DNA of 64,000 bases from Octopus sinensis (GCF_006345805.1 NC_043003.1:74834001-74898000), one strand, 5' to 3'. Shown: positions 12,321 through 27,631, numbered from the stretch's first letter. Notes: a model not told the origin generated them from the sequence alone. Numbers and translations are program-made.

Positions 12321-14826
12321 TATTTGGTTAGGTTTCAGTATTGCAAATATAAATCACATTGTATACACAGCGGGAGTACTAGGCTTCAAATTATAAAAAT
12401 TATGTATCAAAAGAACATTCAACGTTTTTTAAAATTTCCTGCTCTTTCATTCCTCCATTATTGACTCCCATTTTCTTCCTATCAAGCTTGATTTAAAAAA
12501 CAACTCATATTGAAACTATTCGAACATCAGTACAAATGTCCCTACAAAAGTATATTGTGCTATGACAGAGTAAGAAATCAATATTTAATGTTATCAGAAC
12601 AAATCAATGACATTCTATTGTATATTAGCTATTGGTGATAGATTTAAACTGGAACACTGGCTTAGTTAGTATGATATTATTCGAAAATCTGAAAATACTC
12701 TATGTTCGCATTGTGACTTTGAACCCATTGTTCTACTTCGAAGAATCACACACTTTCTATTAACAGGCGTCGGTTGAAAATACGATAAATATGTAGTATT
12801 GTTCATAGTTTGAATACCAGTTCAAATCAGATTTAATCAAAGTTGCACATCTCATGTGCAGTAAAGATCAAATCGATGTGAATAACCACTTTTAAAATTA
12901 CACAATAAGAAATGTGTGCTAAAATGATACAGACAGAACAAAACAAAATGCGTAATCTTTCATTGTGCACAGAATTGTAAGAAACTATTTAAAATCTTAC
13001 AATTTTTTTGTTTCTTACCAAACATCTCGTTTAACAGATATTCTGCCATATGTTAAGAATTTACTATAGCTCCATATATGTATCAGATTTATTATGAAAG
13101 TCGTAATGCCACTTTTATTTCATTTTCATAATAAAATAGATCCTTCGGTAGCATTACTTTGGTTCTTTACATTTTTCTAAAATATTGGAATATGAGGATT
13201 AAAAGAAATTGGGACATATTAGCATCAATTAGAAAATACTATATTTTGAACTGTAAACATATGTCTTAGAGGCTATTCTATGCAGTTTTGAATGCAGTAT
13301 ATTGAATTCCCTCGTTTCTCCGTGTGTGTGTCTAGCAAAATAGAGCTGAATTATGTTCTCAGTTTAACGTTTTGTCGTGTCATTTCATGTTGGACTTTAG
13401 GTTTCTCCAGCTTTGCAGATGTGTTTCCCGATGTTTCACTAGTGGTCACCATTCATTTAGAGGTATATTGGACTCGGCTTTAAACTTACAGCAATATTCT
13501 CTCTCTATCTCTCCTCGTCACCTTTTTTACTATCGCCATTGGACTTACAAAGAAAGATGTTGCTGGTACTGCTACCGTTGTTGCTGAACAAACTGAATGA
13601 TGAGTTCTATTTTTCATAATAGACATGATTTGTACAGAGCCAATCCTACCCTCTACTCTTTCAAATTTGTATTGATCTGGTGCAATAAGCGACACGGCTC
13701 ACGTAGGTAGCAGAATGCAAAATTTGAATAGATATACCTTTATTTTCATGAGCAGGTAAAAGGCCGAGTAACCGTATCTACCCGACATCCTTTAGTGTGT
13801 CTACAAATAACCTAATTCTGGAGAGAATTTTGTACCATACTAACTAACCTATCGCTTGGTCACTGATAGGTGCTACTATTCTCGATTACGGTATACTTAA
13901 AGAACATTGTGCTTAAGATATGTGTTCATACTCATCAAGACAAGCCCCGCAACTGGATGTAGTTTCAAGTCATATTTAGGAGTACATGCAGAGTAAACAC
14001 CGTAAATTGAACGAGTGTTTTATCTGCTATGTTGTGTTCAAATGTGTTCATAGTACATGATAAGTTGAAATAAGTCACGTAACCCTAAATAATTGCTTGA
14101 GAACAATGCAATACAAGATAAATATATATGTGATATCATTCTATTTTAGTAGATATATAAATTTTACGTGGTTCTCACCTAAACATTCTAAATTATATAT
14201 CTATCCCATACTCTCATACTCTTAAGTATGTTGTTATCCATAAATACATGACGGGGGTTTCACGATTGTAGAAGGGCGCATATAGTTAAATAGTTTAATG
14301 AGTGACTATGATAAGAATGCTCGAGGTGGTGAAGAGTACAGCAAAGATGGATATTTTCGAGTATTCTGTGGCATATAAATATTACAAGAAGCAAACACCA
14401 GTAATGAATTCCGTCATACGAACGAATAGCGGTTGGGGCAGTTATTAGAAACTCAGGCAGAAAGCCTCACTGTATTTGTGCCGAGTCTTTACACGCTTAA
14501 GTAGCCCAAAAATATACCGATCCAAGGCGGATTCATTCAGCTATAACAGCGTACGACTGGAGTTTCAATCCTGCTATGCTTCTGTTGGGTGGTAAACATA
14601 ACGTCGCCACCTTTCCGTACATTCTTTTCATGGAATCGAATCCGTTGCATGCACTCCTTCCTATTTGTCTGTCTGTGTGCCTGTGAGTCTGCCTGTGTGT
14701 CTGTTTATATGTATGTATGTATGTATCAACCTATCTATCTAATTATCTCTCTTTTTCACACTCTCCTCTTTTTTCCATCTCTCTACAGAAGATGCGAGAG
14801 AGAGAAAGAAAGAAAGAGAGAGAGAG

Positions 14827-14861
<35 letters not shown>

Positions 14862-15019
14862 ATGAGAGAGAGAGAAGTTCATACATTGACTATGAGGAAG
14901 TGATGCCGCAGCTGAGAAATCTTTAATGCTCTAATTTCAACTTTTCTTATTAAAAACTGCATTGCTTCCTTCCAGGGGAACTGATATCTGACTGTTTAAA
15001 GAAGACTTCAGAACTAACT

Positions 15020-15560
15020 AGTCATGACTCCTCTTGAAAATGGACAAAATTTGGTATCGTTCTGTTATTGAGTACCTGCAGAAAAGACTTTTATCCCGCC
15101 AAAACATTCATGGTGATATGTTTGCTACATTAGGTAATGAGGCTTCAATATTAACAACAATGCAAAAGTGGACAGTTCTATTTAAAAGACGAAGGGAGAA
15201 TCTTGTCGATGACCCAAGTTTTGGATGTCCTGCACCTGCCACCGCCCACAAAGATATTGCTCGTTTTCACCACATGGTAATGGATAACAGGCATTGGACT
15301 ATAAATCAATTTTCCTGATTTTTCCCCATCTGAGTATCATCTGTTCTCCAACATGATAAAACTCTTGAATGGGAGCAAGTATTGCAGCAATGATGATGTC
15401 ATATCTACAGTTGTTGTCGTTGTCGACCGAAACGATAAAAATGTCATCACGAATGGGATCCAATCACAGAAACAACGGCTGAAGAAGTGTGTTGAAAAAT
15501 AAACCCAATTTTTTCACATTCCATGAAAGTATCTTGATCAGACTATAAACTTTTCAGCGG
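15020..15560 (+). mobile_element. Internally deleted mariner remnant
   Basis: N-terminal HTH MDKIWYRSVIEYLQK...FKRRRENLVDDPSFGCP; C-terminal ccatctgagtatcatctgttc (PS-YHLF) and TIR-like gatcagactataaacttttcagc. Confidence 0.75.
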
Positions 15561-16659
15561 AGTCATTTATTAGAATTTGATTCAAATGTCTTTTTGTTCT
15601 TTTTTTTTATTTCTTTGATGGTTACTGGAGAAAGTGAATCAACATGATGCTATATAATAAATGTGTTGTCCATTCGTAGCAGAAATGTTTATGTTTAATA
15701 TCATATATCATATATGAACATGAAGGTTTGTGTCACTGCTCATCAAATTCCGAAAACCAGCTTTGGAAATTAGTGGTGAAAAAATAGCCGTTAGAGATAA
15801 CTCATGCTACCATTGAAAACAAAATATATGTTTGTGCAAATGCAAAACGAAAAATAAATTAATTATGTGAAAGACTCAGGGACAGTCAACTAACATGCAG
15901 TAGATGACTGCTTCAGTCGTTCCAAGGAAAAAGGGTGACATTAACTTGTAAGACAAATGGAGGTCAGGGAGATTTTCTGTTGTCAAAGGATGGTGTGATC
16001 TGAAGATTATGTTGTTTGCTGGAATTCCGAGTTGGTGTTGCACTTTATGATTGTCTCAGATCATCACAATTCATATACAAATTTCATGCTCAATAACTAC
16101 AGCGATATTGAAAAACCATTAACCGGCATTGGTCAATCCAAGACCATCACTGACTCAGCATGACATTGACCTAGCTTAACAGCCAAGGGCAAACTTGGAA
16201 AACCTGAAGGGTTGCAAGTGCTGCATCACTCTGCCTACTGTCCACCTCTCGCATCCCTTACCGAGCCATGACTTATTTCCTGCACGGTTAGAGGTTCGAG
16301 AATATGGATAACGCTGGAAACCTGTACAGGGAATTTTTGGCTTGTAAACTAGATGATAACTATTAATACAGAATTGAGCTACTGGCAAAAATATGGCAAT
16401 AAACAGAATATGAATGGATATACTTTTTAAAACTATTAATGCAAATTTAAAATACAAAAGTACATTTAACTCAATGTAGTTTATGGAATATTCTTTCTTT
16501 GACTGTATTTATCATTTGCATATGAAACTATACCTAGGGTTACACATCGATATTTCTTAATTATTCAAAATAAACTTAAGGTAGGGAATGAAATATGGCA
16601 TATATGTTCTAATCTAAATTGCCAATCCATTGCAGGAATTATATTTCAAAATGTTCGCC

Positions 16660-17530
16660 TTCGCCTTGATCATAGCCTGAAAACGAGTGGTCACTGAGTT
16701 GCCTGAACGCCGTACCACTTATTCATCCAACTTGATCCATGAAGACAGAAGGGCTTTCTTCAGATTTTACACATTTGAATAGGAATGACCGGAAATTTTA
16801 CTTTTTAAGAACAACCAGAAAGCAAAGTCCATTGGATTGATGACTAGTACCCAAAACCGATGACATGTTCTTTGAACACTTCTGTGTCAAATTGGATGTG
16901 TGGGCCGGAACCCGATCTTGAGTGAAGATGTAACGGTCACCATAGATTTCTGTAACCCAGGGTAACACTTTCTCATCCAACATTTCCACATAAACTCCAC
17001 TGTTGAACTTGACACCAGCATCAATGAAGGTCAAGGTAGACTTGGACCATCAGATGCAACTGCGGCCCACACCTTCAATGAAGCTGCCTTCTGACTGCTC
17101 AAATGAAACATGTTACCTTCGGGCAAGTCCACAGCATTACGTGCATAAGGCCTGTCGTTCTGCTATTAGTAACTGTCTCCACAGTGAAGATCTTCTCATC
17201 GGACAAGATCAACATTGTGTTAGCGGCGCGCTTCATATCAGCCAACTTTTTTTTACCTCTGTCGAGCCGTTTCTTCTTCACAGCTGCTGGAATTAACTGT
17301 CGGGATGGTTTCATGTATACATTTAATTTTATATCGTCTTAAAAAATCTAGTGCCCTGACGATTTCGAAACATTACGAGATTTTGCAGTTTTTCTTGCAC
17401 TCTTGCAAGGATTTCGGTTCATTCGCTTCTTCACTGCTTCAACAGTTTGTTTGGTAGGAATTTATCATTTATCATATAAGAACTGACTTACCAGAAGTAG
17501 TAGCAGACGCCATATATCATTTCCAAATAT
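16660..17530 (-). pseudogene. Degenerate Tc1/mariner transposase, maT (DD37D)-like
   Basis: KKRMNRNPCKSARK..., LSDEKIFTVE, VYVEMLDEKVLPWVTEIYGDRYIFTQDRVPAHTSNLTQ, C-terminal TRFQAMIKAK; broken by frameshifts. Confidence 0.75.
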
Positions 17531-18495
17531 TGAACACTGTTTTTCGGCACACGTTAAACTGTTTTGTTATGTCCCTGTTGCTCACTCCAGCTGTCCAGCT
17601 TTCGACGCCATATTTGTTTACAAACCTTTTAGTTTTACACTTATACACTGAACAAAATATATATGCAAATTCTCACGTAAAATGTAGATAATATTACCTA
17701 AACCGATATTCGTTACGGAGAGTTTTAAACATGGGTAAAACTTTGTGCGACACCATGTATACGTATATATATATATATATATATAGGTCAGTTGAGATAG
17801 ATGTTTAAACAATCGTCTAAGTGATAGAAGTATCCATTTTACTACGGGTACATTACCTGTATATTATGCTAATAAATTATAGGTAAAGACAAGGATAAAC
17901 ATGAGTTTAACAAGTATCAAAATTTAAAGAAAGCAGAAAATGCAGAAATATTGATGAAGAACAATTGAATTACTTCAATTATTATTAATTAATTCAATAG
18001 AAATAGACCGCCTCCGATCTAATAGCTGTTTTTACTTCCAATGTTGTATGGTGTTGCGATTGATATGCTAAACAATATTTATTATTCATTGTAATAAAAC
18101 CGATCTGAAACTTGGAGCTTCATCAGAATGAAGAATAAATAAAAAGGAAAAACTAGGAGGAGAAAACCGAAACGTTGGATATGGTTGTAATCATACCATT
18201 TTGCTTGTGTATCTCTTGGGACGTTGTGTAAATTTGTTGTTCCGTAAATATGTTGAGAATGCGTGTTCAACACCGCATTCGTGGATAACATTTCTTTATT
18301 TGTTTATTAAGTCTACCTTTGGTTTTATGTTAAGTAAATATCTTAATATGTTAACAATTATTCATGAACACATCCATTGGCAGAATTGGAATATTTTTCA
18401 TTAATGTTCTTACTTCGTGTTTCTCCATGGTATGTCTCCACTTCCTGTTTGTATTTTGTCCTTATACATGCATGCATACATACATACATAAATAC

Positions 18496-18537
<42 letters not shown>

Positions 18538-18572
18538 ATGTGTGTGTGTGTATGTATATATTATATTTCATT

Positions 18573-18609
<37 letters not shown>

Positions 18610-18702
18610 GAGAGAGCTAAAGTTTCTTAGTAATCTGTGGTACCACCTTCTCTCGATTAAGTACAAGAGAATACAAACTTATTTAGTTCCCTAAATTCTT
18701 AA

Positions 18703-19242
18703 ATGATTAAATCAAAACCGCTTGTGAATGAGGCAGTGTTCCTTAATGCAAAGTTGATTCAATGTATGCTGAACAATGAAAGTGGAATCCAGTTTCTTGT
18801 GTACAGAGATCGTACACTACTCAAGGGTGTCATTCACTTTAAATATCTTCGGTCATATATTTCCGACAGTATTTACGTCTCACTTGCACGCAACGCAATA
18901 ACCAGGAGCCCTTTCAACAAATTCATAGATATCTTGTCACCAAATATTTCAAAGTCAAAAATACTGGTATTATTTACAGATTTTGTAGGGAACGGTTTCG
19001 CCATTGTAGATGAAACTATGAAGTTGAAGATGACGCTTCGGAATCGTATGGACAATACGAATACTAAACTGTGCTTGATAGCTCGAGCAATATTATGGCG
19101 CGATCACTTGGAAACGGATGAGATTTATGGACAGAGTCGATTCATTTTTACTTTTATTGATGAAAGCAATGTAGGACTTCTTGACAAGTCTCTACTGAGT
19201 GATGAAGACTATATATTTACGGATATATTATTGTTAGAGTAA
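18703..19242 (+). pseudogene. RTE-X-like LINE RT C-terminal fragment (179-aa open frame)
   Basis: VIHFKYLRSYISD (FKYLGSYI motif), SPNISKSKILVLF, TLRNRMDNTNTKLCLIARAILWRDHL..EIYG. Confidence 0.7.
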
Positions 19243-19624
19243 CGTAACATGAAATTCAAGAGCTGCCAACGTAATTGTTTAACAAAATTTCTTTCGGACC
19301 AACGTGTCAAGCATCACTGCTGAAGCCACTTGTAAACGAAGAATCGAACTTCAATAGAATTAATGATGTTTGTAATTCAGAAGACACAATGTGCGAGTAG
19401 AGAAGTAAATTATTAAATAATTGCAATTTTTCCATTATATTAGTTCTAACACTACAAGTCGTGTTTTGCTTCTTATCTGTTTTAATCGATGGCCTAAGTA
19501 TGAATAACAACTTAATCAACTCCATTATTCATAAAATTAACTCCATTATTAATTAAATCGGTGTGATCATCTATACGCTGAAACATAACCTAATATTTAT
19601 GATAGCCTAAAATCGGTTTCAAAT

Positions 19625-20085
19625 TCTGCACAAGGCCAGCAATTTCGTGGAACTGGATTCAGTCGATTACATCGCCCCCAGTGCTCTACATATACTTATT
19701 TTATCGAGTCCGAATGGATAAACGGCAAGGGCGGTCCCAACGGAATTTGAACTCACAACGTAAGGACTGGAAAAATACCCGAAGACATTTTGCTTGGCGT
19801 GCTAAAACTTTTTGCAGTAGGAGCAACATATTTCTAACATATTCCACAGATGTCACACAACATGATATAACATTATACTATCAGCCGAAATACTGATTTC
19901 AGCACAGGACCATCAATTTCGGGAAAGGAGTTAAATTCGGTATATCGACCGCAGTCTTCAACTGTTACAGTCTTGCGAACATGAATGGATGAAAGGCAAA
20001 GTAGACTTCGGTAGAATTTGTACTCGGAATGTAAAGACGGACGAAATATCTTTGAACATTTTGCCAGCTCGCCGCCCTTATCAGC
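19625..20085 (-). mobile_element. Two adjacent degenerate tRNA-derived SINE copies
   Basis: tacttattttatcga...gaatttgaactca motif and gatgaaaggcaaagtagacttcgg...ccagctcgccgcc. Confidence 0.7.
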
Positions 20086-20442
20086 CAATATATTACATCC
20101 GAAATATTAAATGATAATTTTTTTCTTTCTGTGCTTTACCTATTCCAGATTCTGAAAAACTACCGCCCGCAAGGGCTGTTCAAATTATTCTATGTTGGAT
20201 AACATAAGAACAGATTAAACATTTCTTCGAAAAACTAAATAACACTGCAATTTAGCAAGTAATTAAACATGCAGTTTAAGTGTAATTTTCAGATGGTAAC
20301 TTGATATAGGTCATTTAGATCGCATTACTGTTTTTATTCCAATTAAAATAATATTATGCACCATGAAATTATTTATCTATTGTTCATTCTAAAAATAAGA
20401 ATAAGTTAGCTGTTCCGGTACTCAGAGTTTGCATAGAAAATT

Positions 20443-20513
<71 letters not shown>

Positions 20514-21231
20514 TAGAGAGAGAGGGGGAGAGAGAGATTAACTTTGCAACTTTAAGTAATGATCTGTGAAAATTTCCTAGATAATATAAATATGAATTTT
20601 AGCTCAATTAAATAATATTGCATTTGCACTTCTTGGATAAATGATTAGCGATATTGACAGTTGTTGTGAAGGGAAATTTGTGAAATTTCAATTCATTAAA
20701 ATGTAAGGGCAACATAGTTTGAAAACGGGTGTGTACATTCCCAATTGACACAAATATCCATTTCTTTTTATATACATATGAAAATATTATATACTGTCAA
20801 CCCATTGGTATTAGCGCTGTGCGTGAGGTAAGGTGCTATTGTTTTGCTGAGTCTCGATGATAGCATATTGCTTTTAAGTACTAGTTGAAACCGAAAAATA
20901 AATATTGATTTATTTAAAGACTCAGAATGAACGTTGGATAAAAGATCACTGGAAATGTTAGTAATGATGACTATCACATTACAATTAAAATCGTGACTAA
21001 AGGGAATTTGTTTGAACTTTCCATCGAAACTGCGTGTTAAGATCAGATTAAGGAATTAGGAATAAAATACATTCATGCTATTTTAATACTGAATAAATTA
21101 ATAGTTTGTTTATTTTTTAATGAAAGTATGATACATTTTAAAGTCGCAATTTATTAAAATATGATGCAGCTAATTTTATTTTAATTTTGATGGAATTATT
21201 TTTAACATACAGAGTTTTATAAATTGATAAA

Positions 21232-21281
<50 letters not shown>

Positions 21282-21599
21282 TCACACACAAGGACGAAAA
21301 TATAGCAGCATGTTCACTTATTTTGATAGACGCAGAATAATTACATTGGAGATGCAGAAACAAAAAACTAAACGTTAAATGAATTTATTGAGTTGCAGGA
21401 ATCATTTGTGAGGCACATGTGAATATGATGTGTTTATTTTTATCAGAAAAAAATGCCCTTTTTCTTTAATTGCGATACAAGCTGTCTCGTGTCAATTTTA
21501 TATTTCATCTTCATCACGAAGCCAATATTAGCAACTGTTAAAATATACTTAACTTGTAAGCAAGTTTTTATAATCATTTCAATTAAAAGCAGATAGCAA

Positions 21600-22020
21600 G
21601 ACATTCAGAGGTGAGTGGTACTAACCGATTACAGCACATTAGTGCTCAAATAGTACTTATTTCATCGACCCCGACAAAATGAAAGGCAAAGTCATGTCCA
21701 GCAGATTTTGAACTCAGAATTGAAAAATGAACGAAATGTCGCTAAACATTTTGTCTGGCGTGTTAAGGTTTCTGCCAGCACACTGCCTTAAATTTTTATA
21801 TAATTGTTTTAAATGTTAGCACAAGACCAGTATTTTCTAGGAGGGAGTATGTATTTGTAATCGACCGTATTGCTAGGCTGGTAATTATTTTATTGACTCC
21901 CGAAAGAATGTAAGATAAATTCGATCTCGTTAGAACAGGAATTCAAAACGTGGACCTGTATGAAATGCCGCCACCTATTTTCGTCGGCGTGGTAAGAATT
22001 CTGCCTTGGCGCCGCCTTAA
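21600..22020 (-). mobile_element. Cluster of tRNA-derived SINE copies
   Basis: gtacttatttcatcgacccc...gaaaggcaaagtc...tttgaactcagaa...ttctgccagc and partial copies. Confidence 0.7.
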
Positions 22021-22761
22021 ATCTTTTTATAGTGAATCCCACTTTTGCTTTTGTGAGAAATGGAATGTGAAATATAAGTGATGTCCTGCAGGATTGCAAT
22101 CTTAAAAATTGTTAACCATTCTGACTGAATATGAAAAATCGAATTAAATGCAATTAGTCTAAACGTCGATTTATTACACTACTTTGATATAATTCTGAAG
22201 ACTTTTCGCTATATAAATGGAGAAAAGTGAGTGTGCTATAGTCCTTGATACCCTTTTTTTAGCAAAATTATCAGAAATGCTGGTGCGTGGATCTTCAAGT
22301 TTCCTCAATAAATTACGCATAGAAACGAAGCGATATTGCGTTCTTTAAGGCCGATATAAACGCATCAACATGCCAAATAATCACTTGAATAATATTGTCG
22401 TTTTGAGATCTATAAAAATGTAGGTTCACTGTAAGTTTAGCATTACGTTAATCACAGGGTAATTTTATTTTCAGTCGCCCCCACCACCGCGGCAGTAAAT
22501 ATAAATGAAATATGATAAAATTTTAACATTCAGGGTTTGTATATACACTAAAATATTGTGTTGTTTTTATAAATATATTTACATGTATATTCGGCTTGAT
22601 TATGAAACATATGTAAGACTGGCTCTGAATATAGCCGCTTCGCTACCATATGATTTTAACTTAATTTCTTTCTTTCATGGGAAATATCGTCATATATGAA
22701 ATGGAACAAAATATTTACATTAGTTTTAATGATATTAAATTACATATTATTTCCATTAGAC

Positions 22762-23100
22762 CGATATTTTTCCTCATCTTGTTTGTTGTTAACACAACGA
22801 TTCGGCTGATATACCCTCCAGGCTTCATCAGGTGACTTGAGGTAATTTCGCAACTGGGTTCTCATTCCTAAGGTATATTTCGATGTTACTATTATTATTA
22901 TTATTGTTATTTTTCAGGTCACTGCTTGGAATCGAACTCGGAATCGCAGTGAATTTTAGGGCTTATAAATCTAATATTTTGCTATCTTCCTTATTACCAG
23001 TTCCATTATACAACTCATATTTGCAGACGGTGTGCTTAGGGTGTTTTTATGTCCTAGCATATGTGCTGTATCTTAGTTTTCGTATTTTCCAGTGGTGTTC
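22762..23100 (-). mobile_element. tRNA-head/hammerhead repeat, copy 3 (left arm of second palindrome)
   Basis: Minus strand agtcac CTGATGA A GCCTG gagggtatat CAGCC GAAT CG TT gtgtt at 22791-22836; B box gagttcgattcc. Confidence 0.75.
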
Positions 23101-23289
23101 TCTGCCCATAATTTTAACTTCATCCCACATATTGATGCGGCCCCCGCTTTCTCACACATGTTCAGCTATACCCGATTTATCAATATGGCCTCATTGATTC
23201 AGAGCTTTGAGATGTTCGTTTACCCTCATTTTGAGGGGATGTCATGTCTGGCCTGTGGGATAAAGTTAAAATAATAGACAGGGAGCAAC

Positions 23290-23690
23290 ACTAGGAAATA
23301 CGGAAGCTAAACGAAACAGCACATATGCTAGGACACATCAACCTCCTAAGCAGACCGAGCGCATATATGAGTAGCATATGGGAACCGGTATTAAGGAAGG
23401 ATAGCAAAATATTAGATTTATACACCCTAAAATTCACTCCGTAATTGCCCACGAGCATATGGCGTAGTGGTAAACCCAAGGTTTCGAGTTCGATTTCAAG
23501 CAGTGACCTGAATAATACTACTAATAATGATAATGAATATAATAATATCGAAAAATACCTTAGGAATGTGAACACGGATTCAAAATTTTCCCAAGACACC
23601 TGACGAAGGCTAGAGCGTATATCAGCCAAATCGTTGTGTTAACAAACAATATGAAGACAAATATCCGTCGAATGAATATAATGTAAATAA
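23290..23690 (+). mobile_element. tRNA-head/hammerhead repeat, copy 4 (right arm of second palindrome)
   Basis: A box TGGCGTAGTGG 23460-23470, B box GAGTTCGATTT 23486-23496, then agacac CTGACGA A GGCTA...CAGCC AAAT CG TT gtgtt at 23595-23640. Confidence 0.8.
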
Positions 23691-23792
23691 TATTATGTAC
23701 ATATATATATATATTATATATATATATATATATAATAATATACGTATGTATATATATATGTGTATATTTATATATGTACATATGTACATCTA

Positions 23793-23834
<42 letters not shown>

Positions 23835-24534
23835 AATTTATTCCATACCTCCATATATATATACATATATATTTATGGTAGCGTGTCTATGAATTCATGT
23901 GTATGTGTGTATGCTTATATCGTACGTTGCATCCTTTTTTCTACTCACACAAAAGAGTCCATCTTCTCTAAGAGGGGCATCTAATGTCAGTATAAAATGT
24001 TTGTTGATGTCCTCTTATTGTAAATATAAACCTTAAGAAAATTACGTGAAATATATTAATCAAATAACATTCATTTATGAGGAAGCTGATCTGGTTCTCT
24101 ACATATAAACTTAAGAGGAATGCAGTTTATATTTCTATTAGATGTCCATAAATATATTCCTTACGGCAGTAGCAGCTGCAATTTATACCGTTCGAAAAAA
24201 AAAAGTAAGAGATACGTCATTGTTTGTTCAAATCATACTCTGGCATGTTATACTTAAACATCTACAAATTATTGTTTATTTCGAAAACAAAAGTATATTA
24301 AGTATTGAAATAAAATACAAGTTTTATGCGCACAAGTTGAATAATATGTGTTTATATATTACTTATATGAATAAAGTGATAGAAAATATTGGAGATGAAG
24401 ATAAATTTATAGAACATTATGAACATTTCTGCAATAAATTGGTCTGTATATATAATTTGAATTGCTTTTGGTTGCTTTTTACCTGCCAGGTTGAATTTCT
24501 GAAAGAAACCGCTTAATATTTATTATACAAACAA

Positions 24535-24593
<59 letters not shown>

Positions 24594-25698
24594 TATATAA
24601 CACATAAATAAGTTCATACATACATACATATAAATATACGTACACTCACAACACACACATATATACATGCATACGAACCTACATTGAAGCTTAACAATGT
24701 ATCCTTTATAGATGTTTAAATGTATGTATGAATGCACGTATATATACACCCATGCACACAGAATGTACAAGCAAACACATGGAAGAGCATGCAGGGAATT
24801 ATATTCTTCGTTACCTGCTTTCCCTGAGTAGTCTGTGGTTTATCCAACTGCAATGGAGTTAATGAATTTTAACAACGAAATGACAATAGTCATTTGATGC
24901 ATTTTAAATGCAACTCCTGTAAACGTAATGATGAAATATATATGTATATTTACTCCGATACACACGCGTGCACGCACGATCACACTCACACACATACACA
25001 CACACCACACACACACACACACATACACACACACACACACACGCACACATACACACACGCACACATACACTCGGGCACATAAACACACGCGCGCACACTG
25101 GAAAACATCTATATAACCTTTGAATCTAGAAAATGGGAAACGCTAAGTTAAATTATTTCTGATAGTATACAATAGTATACCGATAGTATGCAATATTTCA
25201 GTACCACTAAGACGTTTACATTTGTATTTCATAAAGTCTGGTATTTTAGACTGTTGCTCTACAGTTATTACCCAACAGAATTCAAACCAGGTATTCACCG
25301 CAACTAGAAAATTGAGTAATGCATTAGCACTCGGCTGATATTCATTACTAGGTAAAGACACATGAAGAATTTGACTCAGGGACCAAAAGCGGTACTCGTT
25401 CAGAAATGACAGGCGAATAAAAGACAGCGTTGATATTAAGTATTATCTACAATATACTATATTTTACAATATGGAACTATGAATATTTTTGGAATTGGTT
25501 CATTTTGTTACAGCGTGACTGAAATTTTAATATAACCAGGGAAAAACATGCAGTAGTGCTCTCTTATTTTTTTAATTCATAACCTGTTCCTATTTTTGCC
25601 GGTGATAAATTCATTCTGTTGTGATATATGTGGTCATAGATTCACTCCTACAATGATGTATCAAGGAGTATCTATATGCATTTATGCACGCACGCACA

Positions 25699-25742
<44 letters not shown>

Positions 25743-27356
25743 ACAAACACACACACATACGAACAAACACAAGCACAAATGCACTCACAAACACACATAC
25801 ACACACAAAAACACACATACATGGACAAGACAGAAGTAAATAGACACCCTTATAATCGTTAGAATTTACTTAAATCTGAAATTATACATGCAAATTATTT
25901 ATTACGCTTCTGTCATAGAATTAATATGCAGGCATGAAACTTTAAAATTCCTCTTTTATCTAGAAAATTTAGTAATTTACTATTTAAAATTTTATGATAT
26001 TGATTCTTTTGCATTTAGCGTACATAATTAATTCATAATTGTAAGTATTAACAAATGATAGACAACGCAATATAGATGTATTGTTTTATACACTCACAGA
26101 AACACACACACACACATTTTGTTCGCGGAAAGATAAACAATCTTGCCCATAAAGCAAGCCTGTTTCTTTCTCAACGACAGGTACGCTGAGTTATTGTCCA
26201 TCGACCAGGAAAAAAACGATGGCATAAACTAGTAGATGAACACTAAATTTAAGTACATTAGGTCATCTTTTACAGAGAGTAAAAGTGACTTTGACAGCTA
26301 ATTAAACTCCTGAAATGTTGTATCAAACTTACCAGGTTATCATGAATTTCAAAGTAAATAAACTAATCTACACAATAGGTGTAAATATTAATGTATCTGC
26401 ATATGAATGTTTGACTGTAAAGAATGGTGTACACGATTGTTTTGATGGCATACTTAATCCAACATATAGATGAGTGCCTCATGCCGTGACCACACCACCA
26501 ACATGAGATTCATGGATGTATTACGGTCATCATTTACAGAGCTGTTGAAGGTATTATCTAATTTACTGCCTATTTTGTCGATCCACAAGCTCCGTCAAAT
26601 ATGATATTTTGAAACTTTCGCACACCAAGAGAAGATGAAGTCAACTCAATTAGGTTGCTGATATTGGCAAGGATATATAACATCGAAATGAGGAACAGTC
26701 ACAAATCCAGATATCGGTTATGACACTTTTTTTCTGGATTGCATTAAACAAATGATGACAAGCATTATGAACAACGTGAGCAAGTATGTACCTTGCGTTG
26801 CAACATGTTATTGCAAAAGTAGCATGCAGTAATACTTGTAGAAATTACTTCCCAGTGATAAATGTACAGAATAACTGTTATTGAATATACTATATAAATA
26901 TCAACACTAGAGATATTGGTGTAACATTACATAAAAAGCGCGATGAGTACAAACATAACAGTTCTGATTAAGTTATATTGGAAAGACAATAATAAAAATA
27001 GAACCTCTATAGTCAATGAAGTAAGGTACTCTGCCATTGTGCACATATTTTGAAAATCACCGAGGATTACAACGCATGGTTAACTGCCTTCAAACCTGCA
27101 GGTTTTCTACTCTAAAAATGAACCAGTATATATGCGGATAAATACTGCAAAACGGGCTTATTTTTAGAAAGGCTTTAATGATAAGAAGAAAGAATTGTCT
27201 CCAGAGGAACAGATGACGTATGCAAGAGTATTTTAATGCCAACCTGAGGGAAGAATTCTAATACAAACACATACATATATATGTACAACCATACATAAAT
27301 ACACATAGACAAACACACGCACAAACATGCATCACACACATATACGTATATATATA

Positions 27357-27422
<66 letters not shown>

Positions 27423-27470
27423 CGTATGTATATAATGATATGTATATATGTATATCGATCTATCTATCTG

Positions 27471-27604
<134 letters not shown>

Positions 27605-27631
27605 AAATGCTACAATAATTTTATAAAAACA

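Noticed and set aside
13290-13700. Slightly GC-richer segment with short ORFs on both strands
   Set aside because: No recognisable domain or splice pattern
23456-23505. tRNA gene
   Set aside because: A and B boxes are present but the anticodon arm is deleted and there is no cloverleaf; it is a repeat head
26600-26830. AHVVHNAC peptide on the minus strand resembling a hAT transposase motif
   Set aside because: Single short motif; surrounding frames gave no further support
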